61,788 nucleotides of DNA from Cyanobacteriota bacterium (GTDB lineage Bacteria; Cyanobacteriota; Vampirovibrionia; LMEP-6097). The DNA lies in the NCBI GenBank assembly GCA_027618255.1, contig JAQCFG010000002.1, positions 1 through 61,788 on the forward strand, written 5' to 3'. This document shows positions 1 to 8,761 of this stretch, in pieces. A program made the position numbers and the translations under genes. Numbering within the stretch: the first letter of the stretch is position 1; every line of letters starts with the position of its first letter. Below the pieces are notes generated by a model, which was not told the origin of the DNA, did no database searches, and saw nothing but the letters and a program-made list of their open reading frames with translations.

Positions 1-2
1 TG

Positions 3-566
3 ATTCACGCAATGCGCCGCAATATCGACATGACTGATATTGTAATGAACAACTCTATTTATGGATTGACTACAGGTCAGACTTCTCCAACGAGTAACGA
101 AGGAATGAAAACCAAATCTACTCCATTCGGTAACCCTGAAGCTCCGTTAAACCCAATTGCTATGGCGCTTGGATCGGGTGCAAGTTTTGTTGCTAGAGCT
201 TTTTCTGGTAACCCAAAACAAGCAGTTGAGATTTACAAAGCAGCTATCCAGCACAAAGGATTTGCTTTAGTTGATACCTTCTCTCCTTGCGTTACTTTCA
301 ATAAAGTAAACACAGCACAGTTTTATAGAGACAATACTTATGATCTAGCTGCTGAAGGACATGACAAAACTAATCTGGAAGCAGCTTTCACTGTGGCGAC
401 TAGAGATACTTATGCTAGTGGCAGAATCGCTACTGGTATTTTTTATCAAAACCCACGTCCTTGCTACGAAGAGGGCGAGAAAGATACTCTCTCTACTCCG
501 ATCTGTGATCATAAGCTAGGGATTAGTGCTGCTAGAGCTGAAGAGCTCAAAGACGGTTTTAAGTAA
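3..566 (+). CDS. korB: 2-oxoacid (2-oxoglutarate):ferredoxin oxidoreductase beta subunit, C-terminal part; 5' end outside window
   Basis: Frame open from window edge; beta-subunit signatures NNSIYGLTTGQTSPTS and FSPCVTFNK. Confidence 0.8.
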   Translation: MHAMRRNIDMTDIVMNNSIYGLTTGQTSPTSNEGMKTKSTPFGNPEAPLNPIAMALGSGASFVARAFSGNPKQAVEIYKAAIQHKGFALVDTFSPCVTFNKVNTAQFYRDNTYDLAAEGHDKTNLEAAFTVATRDTYASGRIATGIFYQNPRPCYEEGEKDTLSTPICDHKLGISAARAEELKDGFK

Positions 567-601
567 GCATCCATTTGTGATATTATTTATCACTGACTCC
601 A

Positions 602-1597
602 ATGGCGGATACTTCAGCAATTCAATTAAAGCCCATCACTGTTTTTGCAGATAAAATCAACGCTGCTTATGGCGTTAACAATCGTGCTTCTGTTTCAGAG
701 ATCAAACAACTTTTGAGAGAATATAGACAATCAGTGTTGATACCATTGATACCTGACACTTCAAGATCTTCAATAGATCTAAACCATATAGATCCACAAA
801 GTGACCAATATAAAACAATGGTTGCAAAGAGAGCAGCAATGATTGCTTATATGATTGAATGCGAACTGAATCCCATTTTTGATGAGACACATTCGCGTTT
901 TGAGAAGTCATTTACAGCAATGAAAGAGCAGTTAATTAGTTTACAAGCAGGGGAAGAATTTCAATCCTTCGTTCGTAATGCTTATTACAAAGTTGTAAAC
1001 TTTTTTGATGATATTTTGGGAGAAGAAGGTTATGTGCGTCGTGGTTTAACTTCTAATATCAAGTTTTTATTTGGTTTAATTGCAATTTCCCCTCAACTTC
1101 TTAAAAGGCAGGGAGTTGAAATTAGCAATATCTCTAAAGAGACTTTTAAAACATCAATCCTGAATGGATTAAAACTAGTAGGTGAAATAGCAAAATATGA
1201 ACAGTCAGTTTTTACAGACTCGAATCTATTAACTAATATATGGCACAGTTCACCAGATCAGATGACGCCAGAATATTTTGAATTGATTCATCATGGTGAT
1301 GCTTACAATTTTACGGTGAATCAAGATTATATAAGTGCTATGGAGCAAAAAGCAAGTGACGCTCAAGCCAGGTTTGCTGATTTCAGAGAGAGAGGTTTGC
1401 CTGTGCCCAAAAGCACTAGTGCACCTTGTGCAGCCAAATTCGCGCAGGCTAGTGATGGGACAGCTATTATTAACAAGACATGGAATTTCATTGTAACTGT
1501 ATTGGATGATAACAAGTTTTTCGATAAAGCACTTGAGTTTTTTAGAGGTCAAAAGCCTATCGCACTACCTGAACCTGTAGCTCCCCTTCTGGCTTAA
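602..1597 (+). CDS. hypothetical protein (331 aa)
   Basis: Long ATG ORF 35 nt after korB stop; no motif recognised. Confidence 0.5.
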   Translation: MADTSAIQLKPITVFADKINAAYGVNNRASVSEIKQLLREYRQSVLIPLIPDTSRSSIDLNHIDPQSDQYKTMVAKRAAMIAYMIECELNPIFDETHSRFEKSFTAMKEQLISLQAGEEFQSFVRNAYYKVVNFFDDILGEEGYVRRGLTSNIKFLFGLIAISPQLLKRQGVEISNISKETFKTSILNGLKLVGEIAKYEQSVFTDSNLLTNIWHSSPDQMTPEYFELIHHGDAYNFTVNQDYISAMEQKASDAQARFADFRERGLPVPKSTSAPCAAKFAQASDGTAIINKTWNFIVTVLDDNKFFDKALEFFRGQKPIALPEPVAPLLA

Positions 1598-2372
1598 ACC
1601 AAGAACTAATTCCTTGTATCATTCCAGATATTTTGCCCATAATAGTTTGGCTATCATATTCTTCACGCAGATCATCTTTGAGTTCAGCTAACTGACCAAC
1701 GAGACTCTGCTGCTGTTCTTGTTTGAGTTTTTCAAGCACAAAACTCAAACCAGCTCTAGTGAGAGCGGAGACATAGATCTTAGGGTTTTCTAAGGCTTGT
1801 TGTTTGTCGAGCCATTGCATCGCTTGCTCCACTGGCACAGCAAGAATCTTTTCAAAGACTTCGTTTCTTTCGCGTTTATCAATTACTTCATCGGCATTGG
1901 GCAAGAGACCACCAAGCTCAGCAATAGTAAAATGTTGAATCTCTGATGTGATACCAGCACTACTAGCGTGGTTCCAGCCAACTAGATTTACTTTTTTGAT
2001 TTCTCTACCAAGTTCTTCAAGCGCTTCTCTGCCAGCTGCATGTTCTTTGCTTTCGCCTTGCTCCATGGCACCAGCAGCTAGTTCGATACTAAATTGTGCA
2101 CCATGATCAACTTCTAGTGATTTGCGTTTGGTTAGAAGAAATAGAATTGATTTGCCACTGAGCTTGATTGGTTCTTGTGATACTTTGTCTAAGTCCAGGA
2201 CTGTTTGCGGAACTGAAGCGGTTCGGTGCAAATCATTGGTGTCTACGATTGCGGCAACTTGAACTCCACCAGCTATATCTTCACTGCGCCTTTGCGCCCA
2301 GACCCAATTGGACTTACAGTCCTTGACCAAGTTTACAAACTTAGTATGAGCGAGAGTTTGCATTATTATCAT
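1557..2372 (-). CDS. Nudix hydrolase (ADP-ribose pyrophosphatase-like) with coiled-coil C-terminal tail
   Basis: Nudix box GAMEQGESKEHAAGREALEELG fits GX5EX7REUXEEXGU. Confidence 0.75.
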   Translation of the reverse strand: MIIMQTLAHTKFVNLVKDCKSNWVWAQRRSEDIAGGVQVAAIVDTNDLHRTASVPQTVLDLDKVSQEPIKLSGKSILFLLTKRKSLEVDHGAQFSIELAAGAMEQGESKEHAAGREALEELGREIKKVNLVGWNHASSAGITSEIQHFTIAELGGLLPNADEVIDKRERNEVFEKILAVPVEQAMQWLDKQQALENPKIYVSALTRAGLSFVLEKLKQEQQQSLVGQLAELKDDLREEYDSQTIMGKISGMIQGISSWFKPEGELQVQVVR

Positions 2373-2461
2373 AGACCAAGTTTAGCAAATAAACTAGCTT
2401 CAGCAGTAAAAAAATATCTGAGTGAAAGCCCTGTATTGACGTTGGTTTTGCCAGATCAAGA

Positions 2462-3709
2462 CTAAGCAGATTCAGGAATCTGCGTTGCACAGCTGACGAT
2501 GTTTCTATCGAGCAAAAAGTTGATTATATTCACTCTATCTACACCATGACTATCTTTTGCTGTAAAGAATTGATCGCTACTTATAATGAGTTTGCGATAG
2601 TGATCTCTAATTTTGAGTAGAGGCTTATACTCTCGATCTATGGTTTCTTGAGAATTCAGTTGATAACAGACTTGGACATAGATTCTTTCTTCTGCTCGCG
2701 TTGCGACAAAATCTACTTCGCCTTCATCTAGTTCACCGACGTCTACTTTGTAGCCTCTACGCAAAAGTTCTAGATACACGATATTTTCCAGACTACCTGA
2801 AATATCAGTTTCACGGAAACCCAAAATTGCATTACGAATACCATGGTCAGCAAGAAAGTATTTTTCTTTCATTTCAAAGTGTCGCTTACCTTTAATGTCA
2901 TAGCGCAGTACTTTATGTAACAAGAAAGAGGCTTCAATATATTTCAAATAGTTTTGGATCGTGTCTACGCCAACTTTGATTTTTTGAGACTTGAGATATT
3001 TAGCAATAGAATTGGCAGAGAAAATACTTCCTTGATTATCCATGATGAAGACAATGATTTTTTCAAGCAGAGTAACATCTCTAATTTTGTTTCTTGAGAC
3101 AATATCTTTCAGTACTACAGTATTATAAATTGCCCTCAGTGACGGGAATATAGCCTCATCATTCATTGGTAATAGATGTAAAGCAGGAAAACCACCATAA
3201 CGCAAATAGAGTTTAAACTCTTCTTCTAATGACTGATACTCTCCCCTAAACTCCAGAAATTCTTTGAAGCTTAACGGATAAACAGTAAATTCTATATAGC
3301 GACCAGAGAGGTAAGTTGCTAGTTCAGAAGAAAGTAAATTAGCATTAGATCCAGTGATATAAATATCAAAATCACCTTCTGCAAAAAATGACCTGATAGC
3401 CTTCTCCCATTGTTCGATATCCTGAATTTCATCTATGAATAAATATTTTTTACAGCTTTGATTTTCGGCAAAAAAATCTTGGACATAAGCATTTAGATCT
3501 TGGTAATTTTGAATAGAGTCGAATTCTAATAACTCTTTATTGGTGAAACAGATTTGTGATTCAGGTATTTTTTTTGTGCTTTTAATTTCATCAATAATTT
3601 GTTTTAATAAATAGCTTTTGCCAGAACGTCGAATTCCAGTGATGACTTTGATCATTGGACCATCAATGAAGGCTTTGATTTTTTCAAGGTATTCTTGTCG
3701 TAAAATCAT
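2462..3709 (-). CDS. AAA+ ATPase, COG1373-like (AAA_14 plus DUF4143-type C-domain)
   Basis: Walker A GIRRSGKS, Walker B YLFIDEIQ, 415-aa architecture typical of the family. Confidence 0.7.
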   Translation of the reverse strand: MILRQEYLEKIKAFIDGPMIKVITGIRRSGKSYLLKQIIDEIKSTKKIPESQICFTNKELLEFDSIQNYQDLNAYVQDFFAENQSCKKYLFIDEIQDIEQWEKAIRSFFAEGDFDIYITGSNANLLSSELATYLSGRYIEFTVYPLSFKEFLEFRGEYQSLEEEFKLYLRYGGFPALHLLPMNDEAIFPSLRAIYNTVVLKDIVSRNKIRDVTLLEKIIVFIMDNQGSIFSANSIAKYLKSQKIKVGVDTIQNYLKYIEASFLLHKVLRYDIKGKRHFEMKEKYFLADHGIRNAILGFRETDISGSLENIVYLELLRRGYKVDVGELDEGEVDFVATRAEERIYVQVCYQLNSQETIDREYKPLLKIRDHYRKLIISSDQFFTAKDSHGVDRVNIINFLLDRNIVSCATQIPESA

Positions 3710-3799
3710 TGGATATCTCCAATATTATACCACTTTAATATCATTTTATGAGATAGATCATATAAAATGGGCCAAATCTGTTGTTTTATAGGTTATAAC

Positions 3800-4807
3800 C
3801 TATAGGACTAGGGCTAACTTCGAGGCTATTATTTTATAAACCAATTTAGCTACCAAAAAGTCAGCCGCATGAAAACCCTTAATGGGAGCCAACTCTACAA
3901 TATCAGCACCAATTAAATTAGAATCCTTGCAAGCCTCGCGAATTATATTAGTAGGAGTATACCAATCTAAGCCACCAGGTTCTGGAGTGCCGGTACTTGG
4001 CATCAAGGTTGAATCAAGCCCATCGACATCAAAAGTGATATAGAAGTTGTGATTACCGTAGTTTTTGATCGTGCTTATGACGTCTTTAGAGTTCCAGTGT
4101 TTGTGTTTTGATCCAGGTGAGAGTCGTTTGTTAGTTTCTTGCGCAGCAATATCTGTTTTAAATTCTTTGACCACCGACCGGAACGCAAAGGTTTTTTGAA
4201 ACTCGTCTCTTGCATAAAAAATAGTGATAGGCATTTCATCTATCAAATTGTCTTCCACCTGTTTTTCAAGCTCTCTAAGCCAATCACACTCTCCTTTTGA
4301 GATATTGCGAATGCCGACAGAAACTATTTTGATTTTGGGACAGGCTTTGTAGATCGAATAAATTGCACAGGCATGATTGTATGGGTTGCCGTTGTATTCT
4401 TTACGCAAATCAGCATGGGCATCAAAATGTAAGAGCGTGAGTTTGCCTTCTGCCGCTTGGTAGGCTGCCTTGACAGCACCCAGACTAAGAGAATGTTCGC
4501 CCCCTAGCACTATCGGGAATTTGTTTCTGTTGTAGGAATCAGCGCATGCTTGTTCAAGAGCTGCAAATGGCTTTTCTGTGTCTGAGTCTTGCAAGCCGAT
4601 TTCAATAGCGTCAAGTGTTTTGATGCCAAGCTCTGAGGGGTCTAGGCGAAACTCATCATCATAGAACTCTAGTTCTTGGCTGGCTGCTAAGATAGCTGCC
4701 GGTCCAAGACTGGTGCCTTGACCATAGGTGGTGGTCTGTTCATAAGGGCAAGGAATAATCTCAAACTTATGATCCGCTACTACTTCAAAATCTCCGAACT
4801 TGTTCAT
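3800..4807 (-). CDS. ureohydrolase (agmatinase/arginase family), metal ligands intact
   Basis: GGEHSLS, HFDAHADLR and TFDVDGLDS motifs. Confidence 0.8.
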   Translation of the reverse strand: MNKFGDFEVVADHKFEIIPCPYEQTTTYGQGTSLGPAAILAASQELEFYDDEFRLDPSELGIKTLDAIEIGLQDSDTEKPFAALEQACADSYNRNKFPIVLGGEHSLSLGAVKAAYQAAEGKLTLLHFDAHADLRKEYNGNPYNHACAIYSIYKACPKIKIVSVGIRNISKGECDWLRELEKQVEDNLIDEMPITIFYARDEFQKTFAFRSVVKEFKTDIAAQETNKRLSPGSKHKHWNSKDVISTIKNYGNHNFYITFDVDGLDSTLMPSTGTPEPGGLDWYTPTNIIREACKDSNLIGADIVELAPIKGFHAADFLVAKLVYKIIASKLALVL

Positions 4808-4809
4808 AT

Positions 4810-7113
4810 TTAATATCCTGGTGCTGGGTTTTTGAATTTGGTTATATTACTTTGGAATAACAATTCAACCACGCCCACTGGTCCTGATCTATGTTTTGCG
4901 ATTATTACATCAGCAATTCCTGCTTTCTCTGATTCAGGATTATAGTAATCATCTCTGTAAATGAAGACCACGATATCCGCGTCTTGTTCGATAGATCCGC
5001 TGTCACGTAAATCAGAAAGCATCGGTCGCTTGTCTTGCCTTGATTCAACCGCCCTTGACAACTGCGATAGAGCCATTACTGGTACATTGAGTTCACGTGC
5101 CATCATTTTTAAACCCCTAGAAATTTCAGAGATTTGATTAATACGCGTGTCGTTTGATCTTCCTTCAAGGAGCTGCAAATAATCGATTACAACTAAGCCA
5201 AGTTCACCATTGGTCATTGCTTGCAATCTTCGACATTTGCCGCGAAGTTCCATGACTGATACTCCACCTGAATCATCAAGGTAGAGAGGAGCTTCACCAA
5301 GCTCACTCATTGCCGTTCCTAATCTCGCCCAGTCATCAGCATGAAGTTGTCCAGATCTTACTCTTGAACTATCTACTTCTGCTCTTGAACAGAGAAGTCT
5401 TTGAACTAGTTGTTCTTTCGACATCTCTAAACTAAATAGTGCAACTGGTTTTTTGGTGTTGATGGCTACGTTTTCTGCGATGTTCAAAGCAAGTGAGGTA
5501 TTATGCACACAAATATCATTTGCTACAAAATTGTGAGTCTCCGCTATGGTCAAGTCATAGACTTGTTCTGAGCCATGGTGCTCGATTGATACAATCTGGT
5601 CCCAGTAAATGTCACCTTGAGTATTTTTGTTCGGTTCATTTAGCTTGAGTTGTTGGTTGATAGTGTTGAGTGCTTCTTCTTGAGTGAAGATCCCAATTTC
5701 TTCTATGAATGTCTTAATAGAGCTATGTTCTGTAATATCAAGTTGCCAGGTTGTTGCTTGATGGATTGAGGAGATGATCCCAAAGCGTAATAGTAAATGT
5801 TGAATTTGTTTAACTACTGTTTGTGATTGAGAGATAAGAGAAATTTGAGTTTGATTTATGTTTAACGATCCAGTCCAATTATTTGCTGAGAATAGGCGGT
5901 TTATAAATAGAGCCAACTGTTCTTTTGGTAATTGGAAAACATCTTCAGGGATCTTTTCTATAGAAATTGGAGGTTTGCTTGGATTCTTCTGAATCATTTG
6001 ACAAGAGGTGTTGAGAGTATTTGCGACTAGTTGAATGTCTTGTGTTGTAATCTCTTGTTCTACTGTAAATTCAAGCCCCTCTAATGAGTTGTTGCCAATT
6101 GTTAATCCCAATAATTTAGCTTCACAATCCCTAAGCCTCTCCTGACCAAAGACATTAATGATTCTTGGTACAGCCACTTTATCACCAACTTGAAGCTCAG
6201 CAAGTTTTTTCCAACCTTCGATTGTTAGATAAGGATGACTGAGAGTTGTTTTGATGGAGCGACCTGTTTTGGTTTTGACTTCAAAGATAGGCTTGATACC
6301 ATCATCTATGAAAGCAGATGGTTTTGTAAACTTGAAATTCCAATTAGTATCGAGTGTTAAAATCTTGGCATTCTGAGATTTATAAATATCTTCAATTGTT
6401 TTTAAGCTACCATCTTCAAGAATAATCTCAGAGTCTTTATGCAGGCATTTCCCCATAGCCGGCCTTGCAGCAAGAATCAATAAATCACTTTTTTGTAAAC
6501 CAGATGTTAGGACATTAAAGTCGTGATAACCAGTGTCCAAGCCTGATAGCTGGTTTTTATTTGCTTCTCTTTCTTCAAGAATTTTCCAACTCTTGTGAAC
6601 TAGGTCTCCAATATGAATCAATTGATCTTTGGATTTGGATTGCGAAAGATTGAAAATAAGTTGTTCTGCTTTGTCGACAAGTGTATCAAGGTCTTCTTCG
6701 CTTTGATGCCCTAGTTCAACAATTTGATTACCAGCAAGAATCATATTGCGTAGTAGAGATTTGGCTTTGATTATTTTGGCGTAATGAGGAGCGTTGGCTG
6801 CAATTGGTGCGTGGTCAGTAAGCGCAGATAAATAACTGCGACCACCAATCTCTTCAAGTTGATTTTGATCCTTGAGATATTGCGAAGCAGTAAGAATATC
6901 GATATTTTCGCTTTTTTCATTTAATCTCAAAAACGCTTCATATATAAGTTGATGTGCTCGCTTATAAAAGAAGTTGGCACTGTCAATATGTTCAACGACT
7001 TTGTGTAGGGCTTCACCATCTACTAGGATGGCTCCCAATACTGCTTGTTCAGCTTCGATACTGCTCGGCAGTAGTTCGTTATGGTTCTTTTTGTTTGCAA
7101 AGCTGGTGCTCAT
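4810..7113 (-). CDS. dnaB: replicative DNA helicase DnaB interrupted by an intein in the Walker A loop
   Basis: DnaB N-domain (AEQAVLGAIL), split P-loop ARPAMGK|C...HN|TSLALN, Walker B VVIDYLQL, SGSIEQDADIV. Confidence 0.95.
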   Translation of the reverse strand: MSTSFANKKNHNELLPSSIEAEQAVLGAILVDGEALHKVVEHIDSANFFYKRAHQLIYEAFLRLNEKSENIDILTASQYLKDQNQLEEIGGRSYLSALTDHAPIAANAPHYAKIIKAKSLLRNMILAGNQIVELGHQSEEDLDTLVDKAEQLIFNLSQSKSKDQLIHIGDLVHKSWKILEEREANKNQLSGLDTGYHDFNVLTSGLQKSDLLILAARPAMGKCLHKDSEIILEDGSLKTIEDIYKSQNAKILTLDTNWNFKFTKPSAFIDDGIKPIFEVKTKTGRSIKTTLSHPYLTIEGWKKLAELQVGDKVAVPRIINVFGQERLRDCEAKLLGLTIGNNSLEGLEFTVEQEITTQDIQLVANTLNTSCQMIQKNPSKPPISIEKIPEDVFQLPKEQLALFINRLFSANNWTGSLNINQTQISLISQSQTVVKQIQHLLLRFGIISSIHQATTWQLDITEHSSIKTFIEEIGIFTQEEALNTINQQLKLNEPNKNTQGDIYWDQIVSIEHHGSEQVYDLTIAETHNFVANDICVHNTSLALNIAENVAINTKKPVALFSLEMSKEQLVQRLLCSRAEVDSSRVRSGQLHADDWARLGTAMSELGEAPLYLDDSGGVSVMELRGKCRRLQAMTNGELGLVVIDYLQLLEGRSNDTRINQISEISRGLKMMARELNVPVMALSQLSRAVESRQDKRPMLSDLRDSGSIEQDADIVVFIYRDDYYNPESEKAGIADVIIAKHRSGPVGVVELLFQSNITKFKNPAPGY
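5500..6447 (-). mobile_element. DnaB intein, 316 aa (residues 223-538), with degenerate LAGLIDADG-like homing endonuclease core
   Basis: Cys1 (CLHKDSEI; codon 6445-6447), block B TLSHP, block F/G VYDLTIAETHNFVANDICVHN (Asn codon 5500-5502) followed by Thr+1; LLGLTIGNNS and LFINRLFSANNW blocks. Confidence 0.9.
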
Positions 7114-7223
7114 TGGTTTTTAATTATAGCCGCTTAACTAGTTGCTCTTTGAACAAGTTTTAAACATGTCTTTACCAAGTTACTAGCCCGCAAGTGGTAT
7201 ATTAGTCTGGTGTTAACTAATTT

Positions 7224-8315
7224 ATGATTCACCCCTCACTATATGCCAAATTACAAGAGACCGAAGATCGGTACAAAGAGCTGCAAAAAAAACTTGCAGA
7301 TCCTGAGATTTTTCAAAATCAGCCAGAATATCAAAAATTGACACGTACTCTTAAAAAACTCGCAAAAACAGTTGATCAATTCATTGATTACAAAAGACTG
7401 ATCATACAAATTGAAGAAGCTAAGACGATTATCAAAGAGGAAAAAGATCCAGAACTCAAAGAAATGGCACAAATGGAAATTACTGAAGCAGAGCTTGCCA
7501 TTCCCAAGCTCTCTGAAGAGCTCAAAATACTTTTATTGCCAAAGGACGTTAATGATGAAAAAGATATTATTATTGAAATTAGATCAGGTGCTGGTGGAGA
7601 TGAAGCATCTATCTTTGTGGGTGATCTTTATCGTATGTATTGTAGAGCCTGTGATAATCTAGGTTTTAAGTACAGCTTAATAGATGCCAATGTTGCTGAA
7701 CATGGCGGTTATAAAGAGATAGTTTTTGAAATTCACGGTGAAGAAGTCTACAGTAGATTCAAGTATGAGTCTGGTGTACATCGTGTTCAAAGGGTTCCAG
7801 CTACTGAGTCACAAGGACGAGTACACACGAGTACTGCAACTGTTGCAATTATGCCAGAGGCAGATGATGTTGAAATTGAAATTAGACCTGAAGATCTTCT
7901 TCTCACTACTTGCCGGGCTGGCGGGGCTGGTGGACAAAACGTAAACAAAGTTGAGACAGCTGTGAGGCTTGAACATAAACCGACAGGTATAGTTGTTCAA
8001 TGTCGTGAAGAAAGATCACAATTACAAAACCGTGAGAAAGCTTACAAGATGATCAAAGCTAAATTATATGAAGCAGAAATTCAACGCAAGGCTGAAGCAG
8101 AGCGCAGTACCCGCAAAATCCAAGTTGGCACAGGCGGGCGAGAAGAGAAAATAAGAACTTATAACTATAAGGACGATAGAGTCAGTGAGCATCGTATCAA
8201 CCAGAATTTCCCTCTGCGCAAGATTTTAGAAGGTGAGCTTGATGGTGTGTTTAATGCTTTGATTGCTCATGATCAGCAGATGAAGTTGCAGGAGCTAGCT
8301 GAATCCATCAGCTAG
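7224..8315 (+). CDS. prfA: peptide chain release factor 1
   Basis: PAT tripeptide ([10 protein letters not shown]) and GGQ motif ([17 protein letters not shown]). Confidence 0.95.
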   Translation: MIHPSLYAKLQETEDRYKELQKKLADPEIFQNQPEYQKLTRTLKKLAKTVDQFIDYKRLIIQIEEAKTIIKEEKDPELKEMAQMEITEAELAIPKLSEELKILLLPKDVNDEKDIIIEIRSGAGGDEASIFVGDLYRMYCRACDNLGFKYSLIDANVAEHGGYKEIVFEIHGEEVYSRFKYESGVHRVQRVPATESQGRVHTSTATVAIMPEADDVEIEIRPEDLLLTTCRAGGAGGQNVNKVETAVRLEHKPTGIVVQCREERSQLQNREKAYKMIKAKLYEAEIQRKAEAERSTRKIQVGTGGREEKIRTYNYKDDRVSEHRINQNFPLRKILEGELDGVFNALIAHDQQMKLQELAESIS

Positions 8316-8365
8316 CTTGAGATTTCCAGAAAGAAGCTTTGGGCTTGACAGGGTATAATATAGCT

Positions 8366-8590
8366 ATGGTAGCAGATCAGCCTAAATCCACAGAAGCTGA
8401 GAAATTCGAATCTGAACTAGACGAATTTTTTAAAGATCGTGCTGAATATAGAGCGGTACAATTTTCTGATAAAGCTAAAAATCAAGCTGCTACTGAAAGG
8501 ACTGAAGGTGAAGAACTAGATGACCCGAGTAAGGGGTCTGGTTGTTGTATGACGGGCTGTCATGATTGTCCATGGCAATACGCAGGCTAG
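8366..8590 (+). CDS. small protein with CCxxGCxxCxW (Oxidored-like) motif
   Basis: C-terminal GCCMTGCHDCPW; ATG at 8366 preferred over TTG at 8339. Confidence 0.5.
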   Translation: MVADQPKSTEAEKFESELDEFFKDRAEYRAVQFSDKAKNQAATERTEGEELDDPSKGSGCCMTGCHDCPWQYAG

Positions 8591-8604
8591 TCTGAGTTCT
8601 CTGC

Positions 8605-8761
8605 TTCGCTGCCTTTGGAGATAATTCCGACTTTCAAAACAAGTCTATTAGACCTCTTTCGAAACCGAAGGTTTCGTGTAATGAGGTCTTACAAAAGACC
8701 CAAAATCGAAGATTTTGGTAGAGTTCTTTCAGTCCCATTTATGGGTTTCGAAAGAACTCTA
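8605..8761 (+). repeat. composite of four nested hairpin elements (family-1 3' end 8605-8647; 8649-8691; 8692-8718; 8719-8761)
   Basis: Near-identical inverted copy at 54309-54467 (about 3 mismatches in the central 120 nt). Confidence 0.9.

Noticed and set aside
1557-3709. Nudix hydrolase plus AAA+ (DUF4143) ATPase as a candidate defence module
   Set aside because: Both are common stand-alone families. There is no nuclease, sensor or other defence-associated partner, no operon coupling (a 90-bp gap, and each is ordinary in layout), and no sequence evidence for a system.
3787-3804. 18-bp perfect palindrome TATAGGTTATAACCTATA overlapping the ureohydrolase stop codon
   Set aside because: It is a short AT-rich single copy in the window. 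It may be a weak terminator or a minimal TA-ended element, but cannot be distinguished from chance.
7224-8315. Programmed frameshift in a release factor gene
   Set aside because: The gene is RF1 (PAT motif) with a single uninterrupted frame. The known +1 frameshift applies to prfB.
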